A stretch of DNA of 63,084 bases, filler included, from Conidiobolus incongruus B7586 (taxonomy: Eukaryota): NCBI GenBank assembly GCA_000697335.1. It is 12 parts of 12 records of this genome, joined end to end, with 100 filler letters (N's around TTAATTAATTAA, not from the genome) between each part and the next. Parts side by side here need not be neighbours in the genome. Positions count along the whole stretch, not along the records: positions 14,245 to 19,764 come from JNEM01007425.1; positions 19,865 to 24,330 come from JNEM01007427.1; positions 24,431 to 28,087 come from JNEM01007429.1; 9 more parts are not named here. One strand, 5' to 3'. Under the pieces are notes generated by a model. The model did not search any database. It was given only the letters and a program-made list of their open reading frames with translations, and was not told the DNA's origin. Of this stretch, positions 14,245 to 28,187 are shown one piece after another. The translations under genes and the position numbers were made by a program. Every line of letters begins with the position of its first letter. The stretch's first letter is position 1.

Positions 14245-17200
14245 ATATTGACAGCTATTAAATTGGTTAAGTTTTACGCTTGGGAAACTTACTTTTATAA
14301 ACGTATTTCCAAAGTCAGAGAGAAAGAAATGCACCAATTAAGATTACAATTTGTTACCAAATCATTTTTATTGGCTATCGTATTCGGTACTCCTGTTTTA
14401 GCTACTATTGCTTCGTTACAAACTTATGGAATAATTTATCCCAATGAAATATTATCTGGTGAATTGATTTTTACTATTTTGTCAATATTTAACACTTTAA
14501 GGTAATTAATTTTTATGTTTTGATAGGTCAGTGACTGATTTGATTTTAGATACCCATTATTGATGTTACCAAATGCTATTCAAACTACTAGAGGTAATTA
14601 TCCAAATTGTTATTTTTTTTTCCATCGAATTAATTTGTATTCAGCTGCCATTTCTTCATTACAAGTCATTGAAGATTTCTTAACTAAACCCGAAGTTGTG
14701 CCTCTTTTACTATCCACTGAATCACCACCAGAACCTGATGTCAAACTACTAGTTGTAAGTTCATTGTTCGTTCATAAATTTTTCATGAACTAATTTCAAA
14801 TTTAGAATAATGCTAGTTTTTCTTGGAAAATTAATGATAAAGCAACATTAAAAGGCATAAATATTAAAATAACTAAGGGTCGGATATGTGCTATTGTTGG
14901 TGATGTTGGAGCTGGAAAATCATCTTTGCTCTGTGCATTAATGGTACTTTATTATTATATAAATTTGTTCTTTTTAACTTATTCCAATATAGGGTCAAAT
15001 GTTTCAACAATCTGGCAAAATGGAGCTCTTTGGATCTATGTCATATGTTCCAAATGAACCATGGATTTTGAGCGCTACAGTTAGAGATAATATCGTTTTT
15101 GGATCTAAATTCGATCTTGATAGATATCGCCAGGTTGTTAAAGTTTGTGCTCTGAATCGTGATTTTAGAAACCTGGTTAACGGTGATAGAACTGAAATTG
15201 GTGAAAGGGGCATTAATTTAATCCTTGGCCAAAGGCATAGAATCAGTTTAGCGAGAGCTGCATATAGTAATACTGATATTATTTTCATCGATGATTCGTT
15301 AAGCGTTATGGATTTACGTGTTTCTAAGTATATTTTTAAAGAAGCTTTACAGGAATTCTTAAAAGATAGAGCTATTGTTTTTGTTACGAATCAATTGCAA
15401 TATTTACCCAAGTGTCACCATATCATAGTCATGAAAGCAGGAAAAATCATTGAACAAGGCTCTTATGAGGAATTGATGGCTAACGATGTTGATTTAGCTG
15501 CTCTAGTTGGTGAAAGTGTTGAGATTGAAGATCCTAACAAAATTGATGACTTGGCTTTAGATGACGATTTTCTTTTCACACAAGTCAGTGAGGTTAATAC
15601 TAACCCAACTGTTAATGAATCTGTAGAAAATAACTCTGAAAGCGGCAACCAAAATATCAAAATTGTTGTAAATGCTCCTGATAGATCTGGAGGTTTATCA
15701 TTTACAGAACATCAACAAAATTCAGTCAATCCGACCATCACTTTTTCTAGGACAAACACTATTGAGAGATCCTCAGCCCAAAATAATCAAGCTGTTAACG
15801 ATATTACAATATCGCGTATGATTGAAAGAGTCAATCATATGCCATCTGAACAGGCTGTTAGTACCATTATTGATCGTCATCAATTATCTGTACTTGGAGG
15901 TGCTGGATTGGCAATGAACATAAATAATACACAAGCCGAAAATAATGCTCTAGCTAGAGCTTTGGAAAGGAATCAAATGACCATCCATAGTATCCAGGTT
16001 CAGGAGGGATTTGAAGATAGTACTGAAGAGCCGATTGATAAATCCAAATTGATCAAAAAACTTTACTTGGCATTCTTCAAAGAAGGAACAGGCATCTGGA
16101 TCACAGTCATTTGCTTTGTATTCTTTTTTATCGTGCATATTGCGAGATTGTACAATGATTACTGGCTGAAGGTGGTATCCGATATGGAATCCTCTAGAAA
16201 TGATCTAATTTTTTATTTAAATGTGTTTTCATATATTGGAACTGCATTTATTGTTGGGGTTATTCTGAGAGGACTGTTTTTTACATGGGTTATGGTGAAA
16301 AAGGGCATTTCCTTTCACAAAAATATGCTCGAGCCCATTCTTTCTGCCCCGATATCCTACTTTGAATACACTCCTTTAAGCAAGATCCTCACATCATTCG
16401 CTAGACATCTGACTCTCGTAGATGAGCACATGTTTGATTCAATCTTCCATGCCCTCCAATTTTTCCCTCTGATCGTTGGAACACTTCTACTCTGTGTTAT
16501 TGTTGTACCCTTTTTAGCAATTCCCGGTATTATTCTTCTTGCGATATGCTTATTTTTAATTTGGTATGTTAAAGGAGTTGAAGATAAAATTCAAAGCTCT
16601 GAAGTGAACAGTCGATCTCCTATGTTCTCCCATCTTGCAGCCACTTTAGAGGGTTTGCAAAGTATTAGAGTTTATAGAATTCAAGCTAGATTTGACGCTT
16701 TCAATTTAATCAAGATTGATGCTAGTAACAAGGCTTTGTATGCTCTTACCTTGGTCAAATGTTGGCTAGCACTCTATATTGATATTATCGCATCTGTTTT
16801 GATTTACCTTTCCATTCTATTGGTACTGATTCAAGAGCCTGATAACATATCTCTGACCGAAGGTCTAGTAGGTTTGGCACTATCTAACGCAATGCAAATT
16901 CTTTTGTTTGGTCAAATCACTGTTCAGGCTATTCAAGATTCTCTTGGATCTATCTGGAGTATTGATCAACTAATACATTTCCGTACTTCAATTACACCCG
17001 AAGGTCAACAAGGTTCTGAAGATTATCAACCTTCAACTGATTGGCCAACAAATGGACGAATTTCGTTTCAAAATGTCATGTTGCGTTATCACCGTTATGG
17101 TGTTGCGGTTCTCAAAAATGTGTCCTTTACCATTGAAGGAAAAGAAAAAGTTGCTATTGTTGGTACGACAGGTTCTGGGAAAACTACTTTACTCACTAGT

Positions 17201-18109
17201 CTTTTAAGATTAGTCGAAGCTGGTGAAGGTCAAATTCTGATCGATGATGTAGATATATCAACCATTGGCCTCGAAGCTCTTAGGCGCAGCATTGCTGTAA
17301 TTCCCCAAGATCCTGTTTTGTTCTATGGTACCGTAAGATCCAATTTAGATCCATATAATCACTGTTCTGAAAAGGAAATGTGGGATGCTTTGAAATCGGT
17401 TCATTTAATTGACAAAGTCAAAGAATTGCCATTACAGCTTGATACCCCTATTGTTGAAAATGGTACTATTTTTACCTTTGCTCAGAGACAGTTATTCTGT
17501 ATTGCCAGAGCAATTCTTTTAAAGTGTAAAATCCTTATTCTCGATGAGGCTACTAGTGCTGTTGACTTACATACTGAGCATATGATCCAAGAAACAATCA
17601 ATTCCAACTTCCAAAACTATACAATTCTGTTTGTTGGCCATCGTTTGAACTCAATTATCGAAGCAGATAAAATATTGGTCATGGATCAAGGCCAAGTTGT
17701 TGAATTTGATTCACCCGATGTACTACTCTCCAATCCCGATGGCCATTTCTATTCAATGGTTCTTCAAAATGGCGAAGATGTCGTCCAATCTTTACATGCC
17801 CAAGCCATTGCCAAAGCTGAAGCAAGGCAAAAGCGAAGACAGTCTGATCTTTTGGAGCGACATACTTCAATCGACCGCCACACCGTTTCGGACAGTCACC
17901 AAGTTACGCTCAAAACATTAGCATCCCAAATTTCACATTCTCAGTCCACCCACTCATCACTCAAGATCAAAGATATGCCTAGATCTCTTGAAGGTGTCTT
18001 CCAAAATCTGACAACAACCAGTAGCCACTCTTTAACCAATGAAGATTCACCAGCTTCTTCATCTGTACCTCTGGCAGATGCTAAAGATTCCTCCAAAGAT
18101 CAATCTTAA
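14245..18109 (+). CDS. ABCC/MRP-type ABC transporter, 5'-partial; exons 14245-14501, 14550-14593, 14645-14754, 14806-14943, 14993-18109
   Basis: Four GT-AG introns of 48-51 nt join the ORF fragments in frame. IKLVKFYAWE (TMD1), Walker A GDVGAGKSS, TMD2 SRSPMFSHL, NBD2 GTTGSGKT / IPQDPVLF / ILDEATS. Confidence 0.93.
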
Positions 18110-18452
18110 ACCCAATTAATTTATCATACTAATTTTATATTTATCACCACCACTTAATTATTAATTTACCCAAGATTTTTGTAATTAAACTAACAATTGT
18201 ATTTATAATAATTTTATTATATACTATTTATTCAATACTTATCAGTCTATAAATTATAAAATATGTTTAAAATCTGAAATTTATATTGACAATATAATTA
18301 TTAGTTTTATCTTTATAATTCCTGATTTTAAATGAATGGTTGAAAAATTATATATTTTTAATCAATTATAATTATTGATTTCAAAATAGGTTAATTTTTT
18401 TCATTCTTTGATAAATATTAATTTATATAATTACACAATCTAATAACTATTA

Positions 18453-19764
18453 CTCTACATTTTAAATAATGGGAATTTTTTGTAATTAAAAATAAATAAA
18501 CATTGATATATAATATATAAAAATAATAATATAAATTTAATAGTTTCATTTATTATTAATAATTTTTTACTTTTGGTAAACTTTTAATGCTTGAAAAACA
18601 ATTTATTTTATTAAAGACTAAAATTTAATATTTCATAAACCAATTATATTTTTTTACAGAAATTTTCTCTTATAAGCTGGTTTTTTAATTACTTAAAATA
18701 ATTAGAATTATATAAGTTATAATTTAAAAAATATATTAGATATGATAATTTTTTCTAGTTATTTTTAATTAGAAAATCTTTTATAAATTTAAATTTATTA
18801 ATTTTATCATTATTATATAAAATAATAAGTTTTCTTAAATTTTAAAAAAAATTAAATAAATATAGTATTATATAAAAAAATAATATAAAATTTACTATTA
18901 CTTTATAATTTAAATAATAAGAATTTTTTATGATTAAAAAAAAATAAATATTTTAATATATAAGAAGTAAAAATAAATATATAATATAAAATTAGTTTCT
19001 TTTATTTTTAATAACTTTTTGTTATATTTTTAATAAAATTTTAATATATAAAAAATAATTCATTATATTAAAAATTTAAATTTAATATTTTATAAACAAA
19101 TTAAATTTTCCTAAAGAAATTTTCTTTTTTATAAGTTAGTTTTTTAATTATCTAAAACTATTATAATTACATAAGTTATAATTTAATAAATATACTAGAT
19201 AGGGTAGTTTTTTCTTGTTATTTTTAATTAGAAAATTTTTTACAACTTTATATATTTTATAATTTTTATGTGAAATAATTTTTCTTAAACTATATTAAGA
19301 ATACTAATTAAAAATAATTTTATTTAAAAAAACAATATAAAATTTAATATTAATTGATTTTCTTTTAAATATTAAATAAAAATAGCATATATTATTATAA
19401 TTTATAACAATAATTAAAATTTGCTTATCAATATAATAACTATTTAAAAGAATATATATAGTAGGATGATTTAACTAAATTTAACATTTTAATTTATATT
19501 TTTATTAAAAATTATATAAAAAGATTTAAAATTCATCAATTGTAGTAATTTATCATATAATCTTTGGTTTCTAGTTATACCTTATTAAGTTTTATTTAAC
19601 AATAGCTATTTTAATTTTTTTTAAGCTTTAATTAAATTATAAGTTATTTATTTTATATTTTTATTTATTAATTTCAGGTTAAACTTTAATATATATATAT
19701 ATAATACTTATAAAACTAAAATTAAAATATTTAATTAATTTTCTATTTGAAATTCATTAAAATT
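18453..19764 (-). mobile_element. Mariner family A copy, heavily mutated, running into a gap
   Basis: TA plus TIR-like CTCTACATTTTAAATAATGGGAATTTTTTG; colinear with the copy at 56055-57355. Confidence 0.85.
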
Positions 19765-20759
19765 NNNNNNNNNNNNNNNNNNNNNNNNNNNNNNNNNNNN
19801 NNNNNNNNTTAATTAATTAANNNNNNNNNNNNNNNNNNNNNNNNNNNNNNNNNNNNNNNNNNNNTAATTAAATAATTATTATTTAACTTTTAAATATTCT
19901 TTTAATTGAAATAAAAAGAGTTTTTATATATTATTCATAAATAAAAATAATTATATTAATAACTTTATAAATTTTAATATATTTTGAATAATATTTTTTT
20001 AAAATAATAAATTAAATACTAAATTATAATTATAAATAAATTATTATTTTTATAAGTTATTTATATATCTTAAATTTTTTCAAAATATTTATAATTAAGT
20101 TTTAGTGATATTCAGATAAAAAACTTTTGATGATCATTATTTAACTTTAAAATTCAATCTTAAATTTTTAATTTATAATGTTTGAGTAAGAAAATAATTA
20201 TCAATGAAATATATATATATAATGGGTTGATATTAATTCTTCTATATACTTTATATATAATTAATTCTTCAAAACTAATAATATAATTGAAAAATAAAAA
20301 AATTCCATTTCTTTCTTTCTGAACTAATATCATCAAGCTATGTATCAGTTGTCAATTGTAAAATGGAAGAAATATAATGCTTGAATATGCGGAAAGTTGG
20401 TTAATTTACATCTAATTAAAATAAAAATATGTTCATTCAATGGAATGTTAATTTTTTATACCCTAAGCTAATGGTTTTCTAAGTCAAGCCAACAAAAGAA
20501 TATTTATAAGATAGTTAAAAGTAATCAATATCAAAAAACTATTTCATTTTTATAAACATATCTCAATGACAAAAACTTGGACTAAAGATGGCATTTATGC
20601 CATGAAACAAAAATACCTAATTAAGTAATAGAGATAATTTTGGTGCAAACTAAATTAAATCGAATTGGCTTTAATTTAGCCTCCCATTTTTATTAAATAA
20701 TTATTTAAATAGTTAGTGTATCCTGATTACTTTATTTTCTTTTTCTTGATTTAATAAAA

Positions 20760-22292
20760 ATGAGTGACTCTTCAACTATGGTCGAAAAATCACAATCGAT
20801 TAAAAACAATAACCAAGTTTTTCATACATTTTCAGCACAAACTAATAATTCAAGCCTAAAATTAAATGAAAAATGTGTGAAAAGCATACTTTGGAAGGTA
20901 GATATGAGAATTCTACCAGTTATTTCAATAGCATACGCTTTATGCTTTATCGACAGGATTAATATGGGTTTTATACGGTCACATAGTATTGAAACGGATC
21001 TTAAATTAACTAAATCACAATATTCTTGGTGTTTGACTATATTCTTTATTGGTTATATGTTATTTGAGATTCCTTCCAATCTGATGATAACGAGGTCAAC
21101 GCCGTCAAAATGGATCTCTAAGATGATGATATTATGGGGAGTTATAATGCTGTGCACAATTGCTGTCACAAATTTTCAAGGTTTATTCACTGCAAGATTC
21201 TTTTTGGGATTTGCCGAAGCGGGTCTTTTTCCAGGTCTTTTGTATTATTTATGCTTTTGGTACACTCGATTTGAACAAGGTTTGAGAATTGCTGTCTTTT
21301 TTAGCGCAGGATTACTTGCATCAGCATTTGCTGGCCCTATTGCTTATGGCATTAGTTATTTGGATATGGTTGCTAATTTACATGCATGGCAATGGGTTTT
21401 CCTAATTGAAGGAATTTGTACCATTTTATTTGGTATTTCAATGTGGTGGATATTACCTAATTGCATCAACAAGTCAAGATGGTTAACCATTCAAGAACGA
21501 GACTATCTTTTAAACAGGATTGTACCAGAATTCCAGAATCCCAGGAGTGTTAAGTTTCAGTCTAAGCAATTCAAAGAAGCTGTAACGGATTATAAAGTCT
21601 ATTTGTATGGCATATCTTTCTTTGGGTTATCTGTGCCATTTTTTGCCATGGCACATTGGTTACCAACCCTCATGCAATCCATTGGATTCGAAACTCTAGA
21701 TTCGATGCTCATGTCCGCTCCTCCCTATGGCGTGTCACTTGTGCTGAGCTTATTATTAGCGTGGAATTCAGATCGAGTTAAAGAACGATTTTTCCATTGT
21801 ACATTACCACTTATTTTTGGTGTTGGAGGATTTTTCGCCTTATTTTTGATGAATGATCAGTGGTCCCAGTATGCGGCATGTTTCTTTGCGATTGTTGGTA
21901 CTTCAACAGTGATCCCAGTGCAATTAGCATGGCTAAATAATAATATGGTAGGGTGTACAAAAACTGGTACTGCAACTGCTATAGTGATCAGTTTGGGCAA
22001 TTTAGGTGGTATGATAGCAAGTCAAATGTATAAATATTCGGAAGCACCTAATTATATTTTCAGTCATCTCGTTTGCATGTCTCTAATCTTAGTTACAATC
22101 GTTGTTAATATATTATTAAGAATCTTGCTCAAGGGTGAGAATCTCAAATTACAAAATCAAAAACCGACAATACCAGTTATTAAAGTAATTGGTATAGACT
22201 TAGAAGTTAACGAACCTAAAAATGATCAGGTTGTGACTTCACTATCATCATCAAATAATTATTCATCAATTCCTTTTCAATTCATATTATAA
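20760..22292 (+). CDS. MFS transporter, anion:cation symporter family (Dal5/Tna1-like)
   Basis: KVDMRILP, IDRINMG, FEIPSNL, RFFLGFAEAGLFPG, WQWVFLIEG and SDRVKER motifs; about 12 hydrophobic segments; intronless. Confidence 0.93.
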   Translation: MSDSSTMVEKSQSIKNNNQVFHTFSAQTNNSSLKLNEKCVKSILWKVDMRILPVISIAYALCFIDRINMGFIRSHSIETDLKLTKSQYSWCLTIFFIGYMLFEIPSNLMITRSTPSKWISKMMILWGVIMLCTIAVTNFQGLFTARFFLGFAEAGLFPGLLYYLCFWYTRFEQGLRIAVFFSAGLLASAFAGPIAYGISYLDMVANLHAWQWVFLIEGICTILFGISMWWILPNCINKSRWLTIQERDYLLNRIVPEFQNPRSVKFQSKQFKEAVTDYKVYLYGISFFGLSVPFFAMAHWLPTLMQSIGFETLDSMLMSAPPYGVSLVLSLLLAWNSDRVKERFFHCTLPLIFGVGGFFALFLMNDQWSQYAACFFAIVGTSTVIPVQLAWLNNNMVGCTKTGTATAIVISLGNLGGMIASQMYKYSEAPNYIFSHLVCMSLILVTIVVNILLRILLKGENLKLQNQKPTIPVIKVIGIDLEVNEPKNDQVVTSLSSSNNYSSIPFQFIL

Positions 22293-23289
22293 ATTTCCTC
22301 ATATTTTCCCATTGTATACCACTTAATAGTAGCCTCAAAAACTATTAATTTTACTAATTGTATTAAATATATATATATAAATATAATAAAATAATATTAT
22401 AACCAAAAATTACTTAATATTCTTTTTCATTTTTTTCTTTATTATTTTTGAAATTAAAATTTGATTAATAGTCTTGAAAAATTTGAAAGGTCCCATATAT
22501 GCTAATTATGCGGGGATAGATTGGATGTAGGGGCATAAAAAAACTTATAGGAGAAATTTAACTACCTTTTTTGGCAAACTTTTATCTATCAAATATGGTT
22601 ATCTTAATAGAGTTAATTCAATTTTTTAATAATTCTTCTATTTTATTATGATTAATTAAAAAATTATTATCACTATTACAATCAAAGATTAAATATTGTT
22701 GAATTATGATATCATCATAATTGGTAATGATTCAATTAATATTTATACACATTTTTTATCATATTTTATATTATTAATATTAAAGCTGAATATATACTTA
22801 GGTTTTATTGAGTTTAATATTCGATATTAATAATATTTAAAATGAACATATGATTTTAAATTAATAAAATCATATTTTAAATAGTTTTTCTATATTAAAT
22901 ATATATATCATAAATATATATATAATTGATTATTTTGACATTAATAAATCCCATTATAATGATATAACATCTATATCATTATAATATATTTCAATTCATT
23001 TAATTTTTTTGTAAAATTGAATTACTTATTATAAATAAAAGTTTCAATTTAAAATTAATGCATATTATTAATTAAAATTAAAAGTCAATATAAATTTTAA
23101 AATAAAAAAAATAAAATTATTAATATAACCTATATTTGGAAATATTCAGCAAGAATTAAATTCTTTAATTTATTATTCATAAAAATTAATATAAAAGTTA
23201 ATTTATTTTTGATTTTATTAATTATATATATTTATTTCTAAATTAACATTTTTAATACAAAGATTTAAGATTAAAATTTATTATTATTT

Positions 23290-23737
23290 AATTAATTATT
23301 ATCAAAAGTCTTTTATTTTAATATTAATGAAACTTAACCATAAACTTTTAAAATGATTTAAATTCAAAAGTATTTTTAATAATAAAACAATATTCAAAAT
23401 TATTTTATATTATTAAATAAATTACTTAAAATAAAAATTATTTAAAACCTATTAAAATTTAAAAAACTAATTTTAATTATTATTTTTATAATTATTAATA
23501 AAGTCAAAAATATATTAAAAGATAATTTTTAATTATAATTAAAAAATTACCAAGATATTTTAATATTAGTTATTTAAGTATATTATATATATTAGAGTTT
23601 AAATTAAAAATTATCTATAAAAATATAAAATAAATATCTTAAAATTTAACTAAAGCTTAAAAAAATTAAAATAGTTATTATTAAATAAAACCTATTAAGA
23701 TATAATTAAAAATCAAAGTTTTTATAATAAACTATTA
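23290..23737 (+). mobile_element. Mariner family A fragment (5' part of transposase), interrupted by a Tc1 copy
   Basis: Matches the reverse complement of ~56700-57165; similarity stops at a TA where a Tc1 TIR begins. Confidence 0.75.
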
Positions 23738-24330
23738 TATTAATTTATAAAAGTAAGTTATAAAATCAAAAACATTTATATTTTTACTAATAACTTAATT
23801 AATATTTAATAAAATAAATTTAAATTAAATAATTAAAATTATATATATTTATTAATAAAATATATTATTAAATAATGATATTTAGTTATTAATTGGTTAA
23901 AATATCAACCCTCAAATTTTATCTATAATGAGTTATAAATTTATAAGTTTTTGATAATAAAAAAATTAAAACTTAGTATATTTACCTTTAACTTTTTTTA
24001 ACTTCTTTAGGTTTGTGGGGTATAAATTCAATTAGCTTCTTATTTTAAAAAGGGCTAATTTTGTTTTATACTTTTTAAATATATTTTTAAAGTTAATTTA
24101 AACTTTCTATTAAAGGGAAAGCTTTAATAATTCTTTTTAACTAATTTTAGAGATATTTAATTTAATTAAAGTTAAAAAATTAAAGAAATTATTTAATAAC
24201 TATTAATTTATTATTTTTAAATTATTTAATAATAAATGTTATAATATAACAAAAAGTATTATTTTATTAAAAAATAATATTAAATTTATTTAACCTATAT
24301 TATTTAATAGTATTAATAGTTTATTATTTA
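23738..24330 (-). mobile_element. Tc1 family B copy, truncated by a gap
   Basis: Degenerate TIR TATTAATTTATAAAAGTAAGTTATAAAATCAAAAA; colinear with 60965 onward. Confidence 0.82.
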
Positions 24331-25324
24331 NNNNNNNNNNNNNNNNNNNNNNNNNNNNNNNNNNNNNNNNNNNNTTAATTAATTAANNNNNNNNNNNNNN
24401 NNNNNNNNNNNNNNNNNNNNNNNNNNNNNNTTTATAATTAGTCAATAATTTTATATCTGGCAATAATAATATTTTTTATTTATTCTTTTAATTAATATTA
24501 TAAGTAGTTTTTTAAAAAAAATTTAAAATATAAATAATTTTAAATATCTAAAATTATATAACCAAGATAAATAAAATATTTATATTATTTTAATCTTGGG
24601 AACTAGGATAATTTTATTATAAATTTTTTATAAAAACTTGGACTTAATTTTTTTAGTAAAAAATAAGTAGTTCCTTTTTATGAGCTAAGTTAAGAACAGA
24701 TAGATTAAAGATAAAATATGATGAAACTGAATTATAGGCAAAAATATGACAATATAGTTAATTTGCCATATTCTTTGATTTATTTTAAATTGTTAATTTT
24801 AATAGCTATTATTATATGCTTTTAGAAAAAAAAAATAGGATATTTTTCTTGAAATATATGTTATTTAGGAAAATATATTTGCTATCAATTATATATCCTT
24901 ATTTAATATGAAAAATAAACTTGGAAATAAAATTTTAACTTAGTAAAATTTATTTATTAAAGATAATATATTTAAATTTAATAAGGAAAATAACAAATAA
25001 TTTTAGATTATATCTGAATTTATCTATTAAATAAATTCATTATTTTAGATTAAGAATATATTTGCTATTATCCTTATTAAATATAAACATTAAATGATTT
25101 AATTTAAAACCTAATATTTTTTTATATTAGACAATTAAAATAAAAAGAAATACAAAATATATTATGATATAATTAATTAAAATAATGATTTTATATAGAG
25201 GTTATTAATATATATAGATTATAATCAATATTTTTATATTTTATAGATTAATTAAATTATAAATTTTATCAAAAAAATAAAAAATAAAGGAAAATTAAGT
25301 AAAAAAGAAATTTAATTAAAATTA

Positions 25325-25390
25325 TCTTAAATCTAAAATAATGGGAAATTTTTTAATATCAGATTTTTTAAATATATTATTAAATTTAAA
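25325..25390 (+). mobile_element. Mariner family A terminal fragment (TIR)
   Basis: TCTTAAATCTAAAATAATGGGAAATTTTTTAAT matches the inverse of the family A end at 48135-48163. Confidence 0.65.
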
Positions 25391-25392
25391 TA

Positions 25393-26960
25393 TATTAACT
25401 TATAAAAATAAGTTATAAAATCAAATACACTTATATATTTACTAATAACTTGATTAAAATTTAATAAAATAAACTTAAGTTAAATAATTAAAATCTTCTA
25501 TATTTATTAATAATATATATCATTAGATAATGATATTTAGTTATTAATTGGTTAAAATATAAACCTTTAAATATTATCTAAAATAAGTTATAAATTTGCA
25601 GGTTTTTAGTAATAAAAAAAAATTAAACTTAGTATATCTATCTTTAACTTTTCTAACTTATTTAAGTTTTTAGGGTATTGATTTAATTAATTTTTTATAC
25701 TAAAAAGGATTAATCTTATTTTATACTTCTTGAATATATTCTTAAAGCTGATTTAAATTTTTTATTGGGGGGAAAGCTTTAATAACTTTTTTTAACTAAT
25801 CTTAAAGTTGTTTAATTAAATTAAAGTTAAAAAATTAAAGAAGCTACCTTATAACTATTATTTTGTTATTTTTAAGTTTTTTGGTAATAAAAGTTATAAT
25901 ATAATAAGAAGTATTATCTTACTTGAAAATAGTATTAAATTTGTTTAATTTCTATTATTCAATGTTTTTTTTTAATTCATTATTTAAAATACTTTAATAA
26001 ATTTCAATATTAATTTCCCTATTAACTTTATAAAGATATTTTATACTTAAAGATAATATATATCCTTAAATAATAATTAACCTACTATTATATTTTTAGG
26101 TAAAGTTAACATAATAGTTATAAAATAGTTCTATATTTATTTTAAAGTATCTAGTTTTTTTATTAGATTTACTAAAATATATTTTTGTTTTATTAAATTA
26201 ATTAACTGTATTTTAATTAATTTTCATTTAACTTTAATAATGATATTTAAACTTTTATTTAACTTTATAATAAGATTTTTTTAGTTAAGGGTGTTTTTTC
26301 TTAAAGTATAAATGATATCTATGATAATATAAAACATATATAATAGTATTAATATTAACTAATATTTTTCTATAATCTTATAGTTCCTGCTATATTTTTA
26401 TAATAGTATTATATTTACCTATATTAATTAACCTATAGATATACTTCTTATTATATTCATTTATGATTTTAATATATTTAAGTTTAAGTTTAAATATTTT
26501 TTTATTATTATTCATAATAACCTTAACTAAAATAAATTAACTAACACTAATAATTCTAATAATATTATAAGTTAATATATTTTTTTATAAAGTTAATTAA
26601 TCTACAAATGAATTTTTTAAAGAGGGATTTAAGTATAATGATACTAATAAAAAAAATTTAATATATCTATAGAATATTATATAAAATAATAATAAAAAGA
26701 GAAAAAATATAGTTATATATTGTAAAATATATCCCTTTATCTCAAAAACTGATAAATTTATAACTTACTTTAGTTAAATATTAAAAGTTAATATTTTAAC
26801 TAATAGTTTATTAAATATATTTAAATATATTTATTTATTATCAAATAATATACCTTAATTATATATTATAGTTTTTGGTAATTTAATATATATAATTGTT
26901 TAGTTATAGATTAAAAATATTAATATTTTTATTGATTTCTTAATTAATTTTAAAATAAAT
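25393..26960 (-). mobile_element. Tc1 family B copy, near full length, decayed
   Basis: TIR-like start after TA; colinear with 60965-62536; right boundary approximate. Confidence 0.85.
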
Positions 26961-27004
26961 AGACTTTTATTAAATTATATAATTAATATATATTTTTTAT
27001 TTAT

Positions 27005-27576
27005 AATATAATATATATAGTTAAATCTAATTAATTATTAATTGATATATTAGAACTAAAATTATATTTAAAATAAGTTATAAATTTATATGTTTTAATA
27101 TTAATAAAAAAATTAATATCTAATTTATTTATCTTTTGCTTTTTTAACTTCTTTAAGTTTATAAGATATAAAGTCAACTAGCTTTTTATATTAAGTAAGA
27201 TTAATATTAATCTAAGCCTCTTAAATATACTTTTAAAGTTAATTAAAATTTTTTATTAAGGGGAAAACTTTAATTGATTTTTTTAATTAATTTTAAAGAT
27301 ATTTAATTAAATTAAGATTAAGATATTAAAAAAGTTATTTCATAATAATCATTTTGTTATTTTTAAATCATTTAATAGTAGAATTTATAATATAATAAAA
27401 GGTATAATCTTGTTAGAAAATAATATTTAATTTATTTAACTTATATTACTGAATATTTTTTTTAATTTTTTGTTTAAAATATTTTAATATATCTTAATAT
27501 TAATTCCCTTATTAATCTTACAAAAATACTTTATACTTAAAGAAAATATATATCCTTAAACTATAATTAACCTACT
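27005..27576 (-). mobile_element. Tc1 family B-related subfamily fragment, interrupted by an LTR
   Basis: Matches the reverse complement of ~43000-43555; left boundary approximate. Confidence 0.72.
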
Positions 27577-28087
27577 TGTTAAGAGACTAGTTCTCTAAAT
27601 TCTTATATATATTTTTATATAATTTAATTAACTATAAATTATATGATTAATTTATACTTTTATAGCTAAATTAATTGTATAAATAGCATTGAATTATCTA
27701 ATAAACTAGGTTCCTCTTTTTTCCTCTCAATTCTTACTATTTTTACTTTTACACTATTTTTAAGATTGAGACTATATTCTGTTGATATTGTAGGATATTG
27801 GCACTACCTAATATAAATCTTAATATATTGGTGACTCACCCTAGTTTGAAGCTTAATTAAACTTTGTTTACACTTGCACACTACAGCCACATTATATTAC
27901 CATGTTCTGCACCACACTACTTTTATATTAAGTCTTCCTCTACACTATATCAGTTTAACTACCACTACACTTACATGGTAGCAGCAATAAAACTATTAAA
28001 AACCTACTAGAAATTAATAACTATCTGTATCAAACCTAATTATTGCTATTTTGAATCTTATCTATAATTTATTTCATTCAAATTTAA
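27577..28087 (+). mobile_element. Second LTR family: LTR 27577-27825, PBS-like site and start of internal region
   Basis: TGTTAAGA...TCTTAATA termini (inverse except one C>T), then TGGTGACTCACC at 27829. A second copy lies at ~55495-55839. Confidence 0.6.
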
Positions 28088-28187
28088 NNNNNNNNNNNNN
28101 NNNNNNNNNNNNNNNNNNNNNNNNNNNNNNNTTAATTAATTAANNNNNNNNNNNNNNNNNNNNNNNNNNNNNNNNNNNNNNNNNNNN

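Noticed and set aside
24431..25320. Possible decayed reverse transcriptase (KYMLFR resembling YxMPFG)
   Set aside because: Single weak motif; flanking residues do not support it. 43730-44340 and 57360-58010 are similarly unassignable.
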